A DNA stretch of 64,000 nucleotides from Haliotis rubra (Eukaryota): the NCBI RefSeq assembly GCF_003918875.1, contig NW_025767679.1, positions 620,001-684,000 of the forward strand, in the 5' to 3' direction. A program made the position numbers and the translations under genes. Positions within the stretch are counted from its first letter, which is position 1, and each line of letters opens with the position of its first letter. Positions 50,241-63,700 of this stretch are shown here, one piece after another. The notes below the pieces were generated by a model that saw only the letters and a program-made list of their open reading frames with translations, had not been told where the DNA came from and did not search any database.

Positions 50241-50696
50241 ACATGTGATAATTGTCCATGTGTTCATGCTGCATGACTCTGTTAATGAGGCCTGTATTTT
50301 AACACCGGCTGCTTAGGAATGAATTACATTACAGAGCACTATGCCATGATTATTCATATACAAGCATGATCGTAATAGACCATCCTTCTGACAAGGGTGT
50401 CCTGGGAATAGCATGCATTACTTCATTTGATATTCATTCAGAATCTGACTGATTGGAAGATTTCCTTTTGTTTATTCAACTGGAAACTCCTTTCATATCT
50501 TCATGAATTTGTTGGGTGGTGGGATAGTCTAGTAGTTGAAGCATTTGCAGGCCATGCTGAAGAGCTGAGTTTGATTCCACACAGGGGTACCTCGTGCCCC
50601 TCCATCATTTTACATGAATGATGTTGAAACAGTGGTTAACTGGAACCATCATTATTTTGTTTACTTTTTGTTGAAAGACATTTCTTGCCCAGATAG

Positions 50697-50847
50697 CAGT
50701 GTATGAAATAAGTTTGGAAAATAGCCAGTTCAAATATGATAATTTTGTCTATTTAAATGGCAAAATAAGACAAAAACTTCTAAAAGTTGCCAGCCCAGAC
50801 CAAAAGTAACCAGGTTATAGTCTTATCAGGTTTTATTTCATACACTG
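50697..50847. mobile_element. Short non-autonomous DNA transposon
   Basis: Perfect 15-bp TIR CAGTGTATGAAATAA/TTATTTCATACACTG. No TSD recognisable. Confidence 0.65.
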
Positions 50848-51738
50848 TTTTATCACTGAAACTCTGGCTGTCTCTTCAGTTTCTTTGTTGAACACATGGT
50901 ATGATCTGCATGTCAAAGTGAATGTCGCATGAATAACTTATGAAGAATTGCACAGATGGCTTCACAAAGTCAAATGCTTTAACAGCATGCTGGTTTCATT
51001 AGAATAAAATTCAAGAAGTTCTTTTTACAGCCAGGATTATGCACACCCATTTGGAATGCATAATAGATGATATGGTTTGCCTACAGTTTGTCTGTCACTT
51101 GTAGTATCTGCAGCACAGATGTATGAAGTCGATATGGCTTGAAATGGACAATTGGAATGTTGGTTCACTCATTACAAATACAACTGCATTTTATAAAAAT
51201 GCGAAACATGCTTTTCTGTCTAATGTTTTATGCTTTTTGTAATATAGTTTTTGCATCTTCCCATGTTAATCTTATGTTTCAATGAACATTTCTGTACAAT
51301 ACAGTTTCATTTTGTATTGACCTCTGCTGAAGTGGATTTCCATGCAAGTAGGGGAGGCAACTCTCAGAGCAGAAGCTGTCAGGTACACAGGTTTTCCATT
51401 TTGTGTTCAATATCGGGATCATCTGACACCGGTCACTTGTTTGATTCCCTGACCAATCACAAACCCAGCTAGGATTGTATTTCCTGCTCTATCAAGGAAT
51501 TGATTCCTCTACAAACAAAGCACATTCCACTGGATGGTGCTGGGATAAACTTCATGCATGTGCTGATTTCCAGGCCATTCACCATTGATAGGGTTGATAC
51601 GCCATGGTGCTAGCCTTTTGCGTGAAGGATTGGAGGGGGGGATTCAGATTGTGTTTGTGAGTGAGTGTCAGAGACTATATCCTTACACAATTTTCTGGGT
51701 ATAGCTGAAAAATTGGTAACACAGGTCTAACTTCTAAG

Positions 51739-51949
51739 NNNNNNNNNNNNNNNNNNNNNNNNNNNNNNNNNNNNNNNNNNNNNNNNNNNNNNNNNNNNNN
51801 NNNNNNNNNNNNNNNNNNNNNNNNNNNNNNNNNNNNNNNNNNNNNNNNNNNNNNNNNNNNNNNNNNNNNNNNNNNNNNNNNNNNNNNNNNNNNNNNNNNN
51901 NNNNNNNNNNNNNNNNNNNNNNNNNNNNNNNNNNNNNNNNNNNNNNNNN
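51739..51949. other. Assembly gap (211 N)
   Basis: Run of N. Confidence 1.
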
Positions 51950-52626
51950 ATGTTGCTGAAAGTGGCCAGAAACAATCACTCTTACCAAAAGTGACATTTA
52001 CAGTATAGAAATGACTCACACAGGTACTCACCTGACATGTGGAAGGAACTTTCAAATTTATTTATAAAGTGGAATTATGTTTTAACAAAGAGCTGCCAGT
52101 AGCTCACTACAGCAATATCATGTCAGTATATGCATGAAAGTATTCATATATTAGCCTTGAAGCGAACATCTTGTACATGTATAAGCATAATGTACACCTG
52201 CTTGCTGGACATACTGACCAGGCCGATCAACTGATGAGAGCCAGGGGTGTGTGCGGAATTTCGCTCATCTCAAATTACCTGTTTTTATTTGAGAATTGAT
52301 CATGGCCAGGCTGTGGAGAGCCTGTGTTTGTTGAGTGAGTCATGTCCACCTCTCAGACCTTCACTGACCGCTGCATACAGCTGTAAGCTCACACATCACT
52401 TGATCCTTGGGTTGGGCCAAGTGCATCTGTTGAATGGAAAGCACTCACACTGAATGGAGGTTTGATATCAAGAAAGAGTTCAGGGTAGAAGTCATGGTTT
52501 TGTAATATGGGCAACATGTTATTAGCAGAATTGTTTCTCAGTTGAAACAGATATGATGATCGCAATATGTACTCTGTTGATGAATTTGTAATTAATGTCA
52601 GGGTGAGTTTCATTTTGTAGTGAATA

Positions 52627-52838
52627 AACAGCTTTTCTGTCAGTTTTGGAATTGGTCTTCAGAATTGGTCGTAAGAGATGACATAACGGATATGGTAGCC
52701 AGACTCTGGCTTGGTTGATGCATGTCATCAAATCCCAGACATGCTCATTGAAGCTCAGGACGTCAGTCAATGGATTGAATATTTACAGACTGTCGTCATA
52801 TAACAGGAATTTTATTCTGAGCATTCAACAACAAACCA
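52627..52838 (+). mobile_element. Old SINE family B-related copy
   Basis: GTCGTAAGAGATGAC...CTTGGTTGATGCATGTCATC...ATTTACAGACTGTCGTCATATA aligns loosely to family B. Confidence 0.6.
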
Positions 52839-54308
52839 TTTGAACCATTTCTGTGAGTAAATGTCATTATTAGACTTATCAATCAATAATTGAAACATGG
52901 ATGATCCTATTTCCAATAGTAGGATGTGGCTTGTTTCATCAGGTAGGTTCTCTCTGTGTACTTGGTGAGACTACAACAAACATAATTCCCCTCAACCATT
53001 CACTGATCACTGTCCAGCTCATCTCCAGCTCTGAATAGCTCTCTCCTGATTGACCACAGACACAGGGTGTTGACTACTCCCCAGCTCTCTGTACAAAGGA
53101 CATCAGTTAAAATCATCTATTACAATCATCTATTACAATCAGCAGTAATTACATGATGTGAATATGAGCCCCGCCACATCCTGCATCTCCACTGTATTAT
53201 CAGGATGGGCTGTGGCCTCACATTCCTAGCCACTGGCCAGAATGCAACTCTGAGCTGGCGGCCTAGGAAGAGCTGGTTCAGAGACTTGGTCAGTCGGTGT
53301 ACTGGACTAGACGCTGACCAACCTGACCTGCTGGCCAGCCAGCCAGCCAGGAGTGACCACGCACTTGTTTGTTTCTTGCTGTGTGCTCACTTGTGCGGAT
53401 CAATATTTCCTCATTGTTCAGTTGGGTCTTGCTGACTGACCACTGTCCTTGTACTGGCCTTCATTCACAGCAGGGTGTTACTATGGAAAACTGTAATGGG
53501 CATCAAGGTTAGGTAAGTCACAGTTGTTGAGCAAATACAGGCGTCTAGGGTGTGTGACCTTCTCTTTACTGCTGTCATGCACTGCTCATGCACTGTTCCT
53601 GGACGGATTAATGCACTACCTTATCCCATAATGTGTGACTGTTACTCCAGTTCTGGACATATTGAGTAACATGTCCAGTGTCAGGGTCCATGGTGGACTG
53701 AGCTCAGTGAGAGCTGATCAGCTTCATGAACATTTAGGACGTGACTAATCTTAAGTAGAAATACCTATAAGTGAATTCATTGATTGCCACATGGTTTGGT
53801 CAGTAATAGAGTTGTTACATAATCATGGATATAACAAATACTGCTTTATTGACACTGATTGAAAGCTAGCTGTTTCAATGTTGTGTTCTTGTGACGTGTT
53901 CAGGCAACAGATTATGTATGGTTGGTTTATTGACAAACACAACTTCATGTGCAGATGCATGGACATTGTTTACACAGACATTAAGAGGCCTTCAATTCGG
54001 CAATCCAGTTTTGAATGAATTTACATTCAAATCTCTTTTTGGAAAGCCTTTATGTTTTATAAAGCCTTGTTACGGACATTGTAATTATCATTTTCTCTCT
54101 GTTGAGATGATGAGACATTGTTTATTTAGAGATGGTGAAGGATCAAGGTCATTTGTAAAGTTTCATCACTATTTTCATTTTACTCCCCATACTCATTTTA
54201 CTCCCCAGAGAACATGTTGTAACATGTAAGGTAAATGTCCTCAATCATTGACTGCACACACAAGAGAAAATCAACTTGGATACATCATTTACTCTCTTCA
54301 TCATTATG

Positions 54309-54490
54309 GGACCGGTGGGGTAGCCTAATGGTTAAAGCGTCCACTCGACATGCTGAAGACCTGGGTTCGATTCCCCACATGGGTGCAATGTGTGAAGCCC
54401 ATTTCTGGTGTCCCCCCCGTGATATTGCTGGAATATTGCTAAAAGCGGCGTAAAACCATACTCACTCACTCACTCACTCACTCACTCACT
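54309..54490 (+). mobile_element. SINE family A with (ACTC)n tail
   Basis: A/B boxes and TSD TCATCATTATG/TCATCATCATG with 1 mismatch. Confidence 0.92.
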
Positions 54491-55830
54491 CATCATCATG
54501 ACACCATCTTTATTCAGAAATACAGTGTACAGACTCTGAATTAGACTTGTTTATTGACACTTGTCTGTAGGCAGCTTGTACTCAACAACAGCTTCAACAG
54601 CTGGAGTTGTGGCTGTGTATTCCGTCCATTTGTTGAACGCTTCAAAGTCCCTGGTAACAATAAGAACATGTCTGGAGTGATGGCCACTCAGTTCTTCTCT
54701 GTAGGGGGCTTGTCTTATCCCACACACGATATACAGGAGAAGGTGTTTCAGGTGTGAGGCAAGGTAACTGGGAACCCGGTCAATGTTTGTACTGTACAAA
54801 ATCCCATAGTGAGCAACAGAGACCATCTCTATTGTGCACATGTAAAATGTGTGTGAGACATGTACACATGAAGCTGCTTTTTCATTGTGTACTGTTCATA
54901 AGTGTTAATTATTGTGGGTATATTTATTTTTCAAATGTTATTGTGATTGTGCATACAAAGCCCTTGATTTCAAAAGCATTTGATATAAAAAGTAACTAAT
55001 TTGTTTTGCATTGAAGAGCCTGTATGTTTTGGTCATGTGATAAATTCACTACTTTTTCTTGATTGCCTGGTCATAGAGATGGCGGCCTATGTGTTGCCGA
55101 ACTGTGCTGATTAATGGGATTTTTTAACTTCATGTAAATAATTTATTACCCTACTTATTAATGACCTATTTATTTATAAGACTTCAATACAAGATTTATG
55201 CCATGTGCATAAAACCAAAAACAATATGGAAATCAACTCTGAAGTGACATTCATGGTGTATGCTTCAAGTTGTTTTTGTTTTGTTGTTCATGTTTCAAAT
55301 TTGTATGCTAGGTTAGTACTGTGATGGAGTACTGACAGTGGGTTGTGAGTAGAGGTGGCAGATATATCTGGTGATAGATTGCTCTACAGATCAAACAAGG
55401 AGTTGATGTCAGTATGGCTACCTACAGTTACTGATCTTATAACACTTTCTTTTGAGCACATAGCACAACTGGCCAAAATCTTAGATGCTTCTGCCAAAAC
55501 AGTAGGAATTGTGAACAATTTATCTTTACGTACACAATTTACAGTGGGTAACACAACTAACGACAACAAAAACAACTGATGGTTTTTTAGACATTCATTA
55601 TTAAATGCATCTCATCAACTCTGACTGGTGCATACATGAAGTGAATGCTTGTTCAGTTCCTGGGAACATTGTCCTGATGGACATCAACTCAAGCATTCAA
55701 CCAGGGACCCTCTTTACAAAACAATCTCAGCACCACTACGGACAACACGACCTTCCACAGCTTCAGCTGCAATAGTTGTAGCCCCACTGTTCACGAGGGA
55801 TTGTTACACTACATGTGTTGTAAGTTTACA

Positions 55831-56079
55831 TGAGTGAGTGAGTTTAGTTATACGCCACACTCACCAATATTCCAACTATATGGCAGTGATCTGTAAATAA
55901 TCCAGTCTGGACCAGACAATCCAGTGATCAACAGTATGAGCATCGATCTACGCAACTGGAATGCGATGACATGTGTCAACCAAGTCAGCGAGCCTGACCA
56001 CCCGATCCCGTTAGTTACCTCTTACGACAAGCATGGGTTACTCAAGATCAATTCTAACACCGATCCTCACGGGTCGTAA
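55831..56079 (-). mobile_element. SINE-like family B, full-length copy
   Basis: Reverse complement of 3582-3828. Probable TSD GTAAGTTTACATGA (55820-55833)/GTAAGTTTGTATGA (56080-56093). Confidence 0.9.
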
Positions 56080-56203
56080 GTAAGTTTGTATGAAGCAGTG
56101 GGAGATAAGTCAGTGTTAGTGCTAAAATTGTTTTTTTGAAGAGGGTTGCGCTACACGTGTTGTAAGTTTCAGCTAAACTGTTACTAAACTGTTGTAGTAA
56201 TAA

Positions 56204-56713
56204 CAGCGTTTAAAATTCCTGCCTGCCCGACCGTCCGGAATGGTCTATTTTCATCTCGAACGATAAATGTTTTAAAAAAAAAGTAGCCTGTCCGGTGGTC
56301 TGGTAGATATTTCTACCCCTAACAGTAAATATTTCATAATATCAGACAGGTTCTCTTGTGGTCAGTTTGAGATGTTTAAGGTATAATGAAAATTTTGTTA
56401 AACTACTTACGATTGGACAGTTCATGTTACGATAACCAAAGACAACACGTGTACTTTCAGTTTATCTAAACTCGGTGCATTGCCTGTTAGTCCTATGTAG
56501 TTCATTGTGATGCCTATCGTCGCTGTCGTATAGGTTAGGCCACACGATGATATGGAAATTTGTTGGGCTTCCCACAGTAAAGTATTCAGAAACCTGTATT
56601 TGTTTTGTTTTTGACTGTTGAAAACCAAACAGGCAAGTTTGTATCCGGACTTTTAATTTTTAAAGTTACTAGTCCGGCTGTCTGGCTTGGAATTTTGGGA
56701 GTTTTAAACACTG
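56204..56713 (-). mobile_element. Non-autonomous DNA transposon with CAG termini, copy 2
   Basis: Inverted homolog of 36614-37057 with an exact 7-bp flanking repeat GTAATAA. Confidence 0.85.
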
Positions 56714-59700
56714 GTAATAAGAATGTTTGATGAATACAGACCCAGTTCTTTTGTCTTACTTTTCTCTAAATATTCCAGCCTGGGATCATATTCACAAATC
56801 CATCTTAGTGCTAAGACTGGCAATTCTCCTAGATTAAACAAAGTCACTCCTAGCACTACAGTTGCTTTGTGAATATTGAGCTGGATCAGTTGAACTGCTT
56901 GGTCAATGACTTTGCTGTTCTTGCCCGACCTTTCAGTCAATGGTTATCTTTCAGAGATATTATCTCTAGAAAGATCAGTAAGAGTACTGAATTATCTCAA
57001 ACAAAAGACACTGAATCATCTATGTCTTGTCAAAATAAGTATGTTATGAAAAATTAGTCTGTATGTTAACAATGATCAGAGTAGTCTTCTATGGGTATTT
57101 GTTTATGAGCTCATACAATATATTTTGGCACTTAGTATTGCTCAAATTTGTAAGCTTTGTGAAACAATTGATAAAATTTGTGTAAAGTTAGTGCATTACC
57201 ATCTGAGTAAATATGTTGACACCAGTGACTACTGTAGTTTGTTTGAAATAACATGCTACTGTTTTGTAAACCCACAACAGACTAACGTTGACTGAAACCA
57301 TCCATTTTGACTGCTGACATGACAGCCAATGGTTTGTTTGTTCCGAGCAACTGTATGTGCTGGGATAGTGATGCGATACACCTGACAATGTCTTCCATAA
57401 CTCCAGCATGACTTACTCTGATACTATCTAATCTAGTAACAATACAACTGGGTACATACTCTGATGGACCCCAGAGAAGGTGTAGGTGCACACGACACTC
57501 TCCCTTACACCTAGACTGTCACCACATTGTGGTGGTCCCTGTATGTGTTTTATTGCTTATTGGGTCCCGTCAAGTCCCATCCCATTTTACAAACTGCCAG
57601 ATCCACCTTGTCAATTGTCATGTTAACTGGCATGGTTACTTTCAGTGTAATAGGGATACATGTGAAGGAAACTTACCTGAGTTCTTTATTTTCAGATTGA
57701 AGTGTTGGATAACCAGTTCCTGTACCCTGAGAAGCTGACATGATTACAAACATTGGGCCCACAAGTTATGGACATATTAGCTGCTGAACATCAGTATTTG
57801 TGTTGGTAAGTAAGTCAGTGGACAATCTCTTCTTCATCAGTGTCTGTGATGCATGAAACTGTAATTCAGATATCACCTGGTGTATAATGTAAGAAGAAAG
57901 CCCATAGTCAGGCAGGTCTTTTGCCAATTTGGTCAAACCCACACTCAAGGTGGCTGTTCATAATGAAGCTGCGTCAAACCCATTATCATAGGATCCTAGG
58001 ACACAACACTGCATGGCTTATTGAAACTCTGTGGAAGATTAGGCCACCCGTGTGCCCCAACATTATGGTATCCTTGGCTCATTGTCACCCTTTCATAGCC
58101 CTAATCTCAGTATATTTTACGTGATTATGTTGCTCCATTCTGCTTATGCCTATGTCAGGATCAAGGTGGACCATTTGCCTTAATGGTTTTGTTGTGAGTG
58201 TATTTTAGTGTTGGTTGTAGTGTTGCTCATGTCCTGTAGAAGAAATGGGACACTTGGCTGAGAACCAGCTCTCAGAGCCACCCTGTGGGCAGTCCACTGT
58301 TAGGACAAGAGTGTAGAAATCCATCAAGCATAACATGATAGTGTATGTACATTGTAAACCAGAACTGCCACGAGGCTCTCTGTATCATGTTGCAGAAAAT
58401 TGACAGATTTGATTTCACATGCTAAGGTCCATATTGTCCAGTAGGTACAAAGTTGGCTCAGAATAAACAAACAGGCTGGACATGTGGTGTAGTATGTTGA
58501 CATCTGGCTACATGATATATGCTTGGAAGAATAAAAAGGGATAGAGGCTGACCATCAGTGGGCAGACCTTTATGAGATTTTGATGCATACATACCCATTT
58601 TGGGTGACTGATAAAAATGGAGATTAGATCGTCACAGTGGTAGATGACCATCAACAGCCGGCACCCAGGCCAGACTGACCCACTTTTCATTCAGTGTTTT
58701 TGACAATTTGGGAGTGGCCCATGTCATAACCCTGAATTTGAAAACACAGATTTGGGCTTTCTTTGAAAAAATACTGTGACAAAAAGGAATACAAAACCAA
58801 AGCCCAATAAGTTTTAACATTCTTGTTCATTCAGACAATGTCTGGAACCTGAGTCAGATTCAATTATTAGCAGGCTTGAGGTAGCTTGAGTAATTATTGC
58901 TGACTTTGTCCAAGAACTATGTTTCTTGTTGACTTGGTTATGACTGGTGAACAGACTTTCTTGATGCCTGTTGTGAACTGACTTTCTTGATGATTTGTCA
59001 GTCCACTTTGTTATGAATGTGGTGAACTAACTTTCCAGTACCCTGTGTCATCAATAGACAACAATTTTTTGTTGTTGAGTTTTGCCATAATAAGATGCAT
59101 GGTTCACAGGACAAGGTAGACGCAGTATTGATTATTTGTGAATGCATGTGACAGTGTTGAATTTACTGCTTGTGCCAAGATAAACAAATGTCCATCTGTG
59201 TAAACCAGTCCGGAGTGGTAATTAATGTCGAACCTGAAGAATTCCCCCTCCATACAGACCAGCTGTTGACAAGGGCGGACATCACCTGTGCATGCTCTTT
59301 CCTCATCAGTGTGCTAAATAACTGTGAGGCTGTTATCTCAATGCTGATTACTAGCCATCATTCACGTCTCCTATATCCAAGCTTGTTATATATTTCCATC
59401 ATATCACCAAAAAGATGGACAGATTGCATGTAATAACGTCCCCACAGCATTTTTGTGGTTCTCAGTGCTGATTGGCCAGTTGAATCCTTAGTACATACAA
59501 CATACAAGAGCAACATGATATGATAGTTAGTGTCACAAGCTGATAGCATTGTGTGATCTGAACAATAAGCGGACTCTTGGGAATTTTGTCTTCAGTGTTG
59601 GCTTTTTCACAGGTTTTCTACTTTTAATTTTCTTTAAAAATAATAGTAACAATTACTAACATGATGAAAATCACCTTGAAATGATATTTAGGATATCTAT

Positions 59701-59826
59701 CATTCTAGAATACATGATGTAAGACCATCTCCAAACACCCTGGTCAGCTACTTTGTAATATTTTAATGATCGCTTGCTATTCTCTAAATATCTGTCATCA
59801 CTTGTGATCAGAATGGAGACTTTTTT

Positions 59827-60198
59827 AGGGCTCAAAAAATAAAAAAATCTGCACTCCCCTGCAAATTCGTAAGTAATATGAACTTTCCACTCGTCCTTCT
59901 AAAATTGTACTTGCCCAATAGATCATGCATCACAAAGAATATAAATTATTATATTTCAAAATGTTTGCTTGGAATAAAACTACAATGAACATTACTTAGC
60001 TTGTCTTCTGTACAAAATCGTTGACAAAATTAAATTCGTTCACCATTTAAGACAGCTGAACTTCAAGGAAAAAGAAAAATGTTACTTTTGGGTCAGAAAA
60101 CGTACTCGTTCTCTAGGACAAGTCAATTATGTTTTTCACTTGCCCGAAACAAATTTTACTCATCAATATGAGCGGACAAGTGGAATTTTCGTGGCCTG
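59827..60198. mobile_element. Degenerate hAT-like non-autonomous element
   Basis: Imperfect termini (AGGGCTCAAAAAAT / ATTTTCGTGGCCTG) and repeated ACTCGTCC/ACTTGCCC subterminal motifs. Confidence 0.45.
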
Positions 60199-60582
60199 TT
60201 TTTTTACTCTACAATTGCAAATGACTTATCATATGCCTTAGGCTAACAATGAGCAGATGGACAGTTCACACTTCCTTAGTTACATACAAATTGTGTTGAC
60301 AACCATACTGACATGATATACATTTCTGAAGCCTTCCATTCCTCCAGAAGCTTCATGCCTGGGAAGGTTCTGGGTGGGGATGATTCCCCAGCAAATCTAT
60401 AACTGTCTTGGCAAGTTTTGATTGTTACAGTGTGTGATCAGGCTGATTGTCTTTGCTATGTTTGTTCCCAATAGTACTCATGCAGTCAACCACTGGTTTG
60501 TGTGGCTTACAGCCGAACGTAAAGGTGTCATGATGTGACTGGAATATTGTTGACTCACAAACAATCTTTCATTAAATTACAG

Positions 60583-60725
60583 GAATGAGTGCATTGTGTT
60601 TTGCTTCACTTTTAGCTAAATTCTTGCAAAATCACAGCAGGGGATACTAGAAATGGGCTTCACACTCTGCACATGTCTTCAAGATCGAACCTGGGCCTTC
60701 TGTTTAATGGGCAAATACTTTTATT
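60583..60725 (-). mobile_element. Degenerate SINE family A copy
   Basis: AGAAATGGGCTTCACAC...ATCGAACCTGGGCCTTC is the reverse complement of the family A body. Confidence 0.7.
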
Positions 60726-63700
60726 ACAAGCTATGCCAGGAATTTCATTTGCTGGTCGTTTTTCATATCGCCCAATTTACTGTGGCTCTGTATTTAAGTA
60801 TGTATGTAACTATCTGCTTAGTGTGGTGGGAAGGTTTGGAAGTTTTAAGTGGCGTGTTACAATTTTGCATGGGTTTGATGCTCACAGGTCAAAGAGCTTA
60901 ACCTCGGCAAATTGGGGATGAACATCTACAGTTTTTATATCTTTTTTTAAAATATATATATTTTTTTATTTATTCATTTTTATTTTATTTTTTTTTTTTT
61001 TTTTTATTTATTTAATTATTTTTTTATTTTAATTTTTTCGTGGGGAGGGCAGGAGACGGAGGCACAATTATGTATCACCTTAGGAAGTCTAATGTGTCAG
61101 TCTGTCTGTCAAATATAGCCCCATCACTGATCATAATCACTTTCAACATTATTTGAAACATCATCGTACAAATAACAACTTAAGTTAACTTAAATGTACA
61201 GAAATTGTAGAATTTAGAGAAAGCGTGAAGTTGTTCACTTATTCTTACCGCTGAAAAGAATTATATTAAATTGGAGGATATGTTCAATTTGTCTCATTGT
61301 TTTCATTCAATGCATCATCTGTGGTGTGACAGGATTAGAAGAATTTGTCATATGAACACCAGGTGCATTTTACGTACACACGCTTCTGACAGAAACTTCA
61401 TGAAATCAGATATATTTAAGCACGGTGATCATTTACAACAACCTGCGTCAGTCATAATATACATTTAATCTTAAAACATTGCAATGAAATATATTTACTG
61501 TTTAACAGTTTGCGACAGAAAATCTTTATTGTCATGCTGAGTGGTAATCTATACTGGACAAAATAAGTTAGGGATTTTGGTATTTTTATGATTAATATTT
61601 TATCAGTGTCAGTGAATAAATAGATCATTATTCATAATTTCAAAATTTTCATATATCCCTAACTATGTTTGTCCAGTATATGTGAAATACGAAGAAACAG
61701 GTGTAGTTTTAAAGTTAAAATTCTACATGACATGGTGACTGGACTGGTTACTCATCTGTCAGCTGCATCAACTGCTGGAATCAATGAGCACCAGATGGCA
61801 ATAGATGTAGGCCAGGCAGATATACACACAGGGCTCATGTTGGATACATCTGTCATGAACCACATCCTGTTTCACATGTCCTCAAAAAGGTAGTAGATTT
61901 TTTATGTACAGGTGTGTATGTCTGTCAGCTGTAAACCATCCTTAAACAGTGTATTGCAATCAGATAACATCAGTTCAGTATGGAGAGTCAGCTGATCTGA
62001 AATTGTTTTTACAGTTGAATTGAAGGTAAAAGTTTATGTAAAACATGCTCGGCTAATGTTAAAGGCACAATGTCTCACATTTTCGAGATTATTTTGGGGC
62101 ATATGCACCCACTTTAGCTTCCTATTGATGAAATAAAAGATTTATTATTGCTTATGAATTGAATGAAATTGATAATTGAAACTTTAAGGAGTACAGCTTC
62201 CAAACAGGAAACTTGCCATATATGGAATGTAAACAATTGCTCTGTACATCGAACACTGTCGCACGTGGTGTTGTCGGGAATAAATTATATGGTAGCTTAC
62301 CTGAAAGCTGATAATAGTATTATTGAGAAAAATGCATTATTTATTTTTAGAGAAGTGTGGTGTGATGTAGTGTATTTAAGCATTGACAAATTATATTTGG
62401 TTTGGGTTACCACAATTTTAAGGAGTTGTGCATGGGGTTTACCCATTAAATTTGTCTTGTAAATTCAGTTTGTATTAACAATTTTGAGAACTACAAGTCT
62501 ATAGTCAAAGGTTTGAATGTTTAGTTTAGAGATAGTGTTTGTTTATTGTGGTCAGCATTTTCTAAATTACACAGGTCCACATACAATAATCTGTCACAAG
62601 ATCCACCCTTTCAAATGATTTTGATACATGACTGTGTTTTTGAAGGAAACTGCACACTAAAGTAACAATCAATTTTAGCATTGTGTTTCATGTTAATTCT
62701 TTCAGCCAACTGCCAATAAATGTGTCCAGCAATTTGGACTTCCTACGATCAATAGAAATGATAGAACGGGCCCTGTAATTATCATGTAAAGGGAAAAGCA
62801 GGCCCAAGATTTGAGATCAGACCATTACTAAACTAGATCCTCCTGCTGACAGTAAAAATACCCCCTGCTTTTCATGGCAGCATAGGAAATATTCAGTTAC
62901 AAGCTCTGGTCATTTCAGCTTGACATGACCTACTTCTAGGGTCAATGAGGCAGAAAGGTTACATTGACCTTTTTGACCTAAGGTTGTGTTCAAAGGGAGA
63001 TAATTCAAGCATAGTATCAAGATGGTCAGCCCTAAAATGCTGTCACTGCAAAGATCATTCTATATTGGTCCTTGATCTACATTCAACCACATTCAGTAGA
63101 TTAGTTGATGGCATCGTACGGGATCAGTGAACTTTGTGTTTGAATGAAGGCCTTACATGTATCTGATGATGATTTAAAAATATTAGGTACTGTTTCCTTG
63201 AACATGTTTATCATTGAATTTGACTTCTTTTGATAAAATATTGAATTTGCTCAAAAGAATAAGGAAATGTGTGCATGAAGGTGTGTAAATAATGGTCTAA
63301 AAAGAGTCGAACTGGATCAACAAACAGAATTATTTGAGAATGTTTTACCGGATTTTAATGGTATTAGAAATCAGATATCCTGACATTGATGATTCAGAAT
63401 TTCTGGAAGGAAATGTTGATTTGTAATCATCTTACTAAAATGTATATGTAATTTATATGGAAATCTTATTAAGATGAGCACATTTAGTTAAAATGTTTTG
63501 TTAACTATGTGTAACAGTGACCTGTGCCTGTGTCAGACTGTATAGCTGAATATATTTCAGGGCGTCTTGTCTCCATTTCCAAATGCAACCACATGTTTTG
63601 GTATTATGTATTTTTAACATCCATTCTTATGATTTCAGGTTCAGAAGATTCAAGAAACAATGAACTCATCTGAATGGTGAGAATACCATATTTTATAGTT

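Noticed and set aside
51675-52055. ORFs spanning the N run
   Set aside because: Artefacts of the assembly gap.
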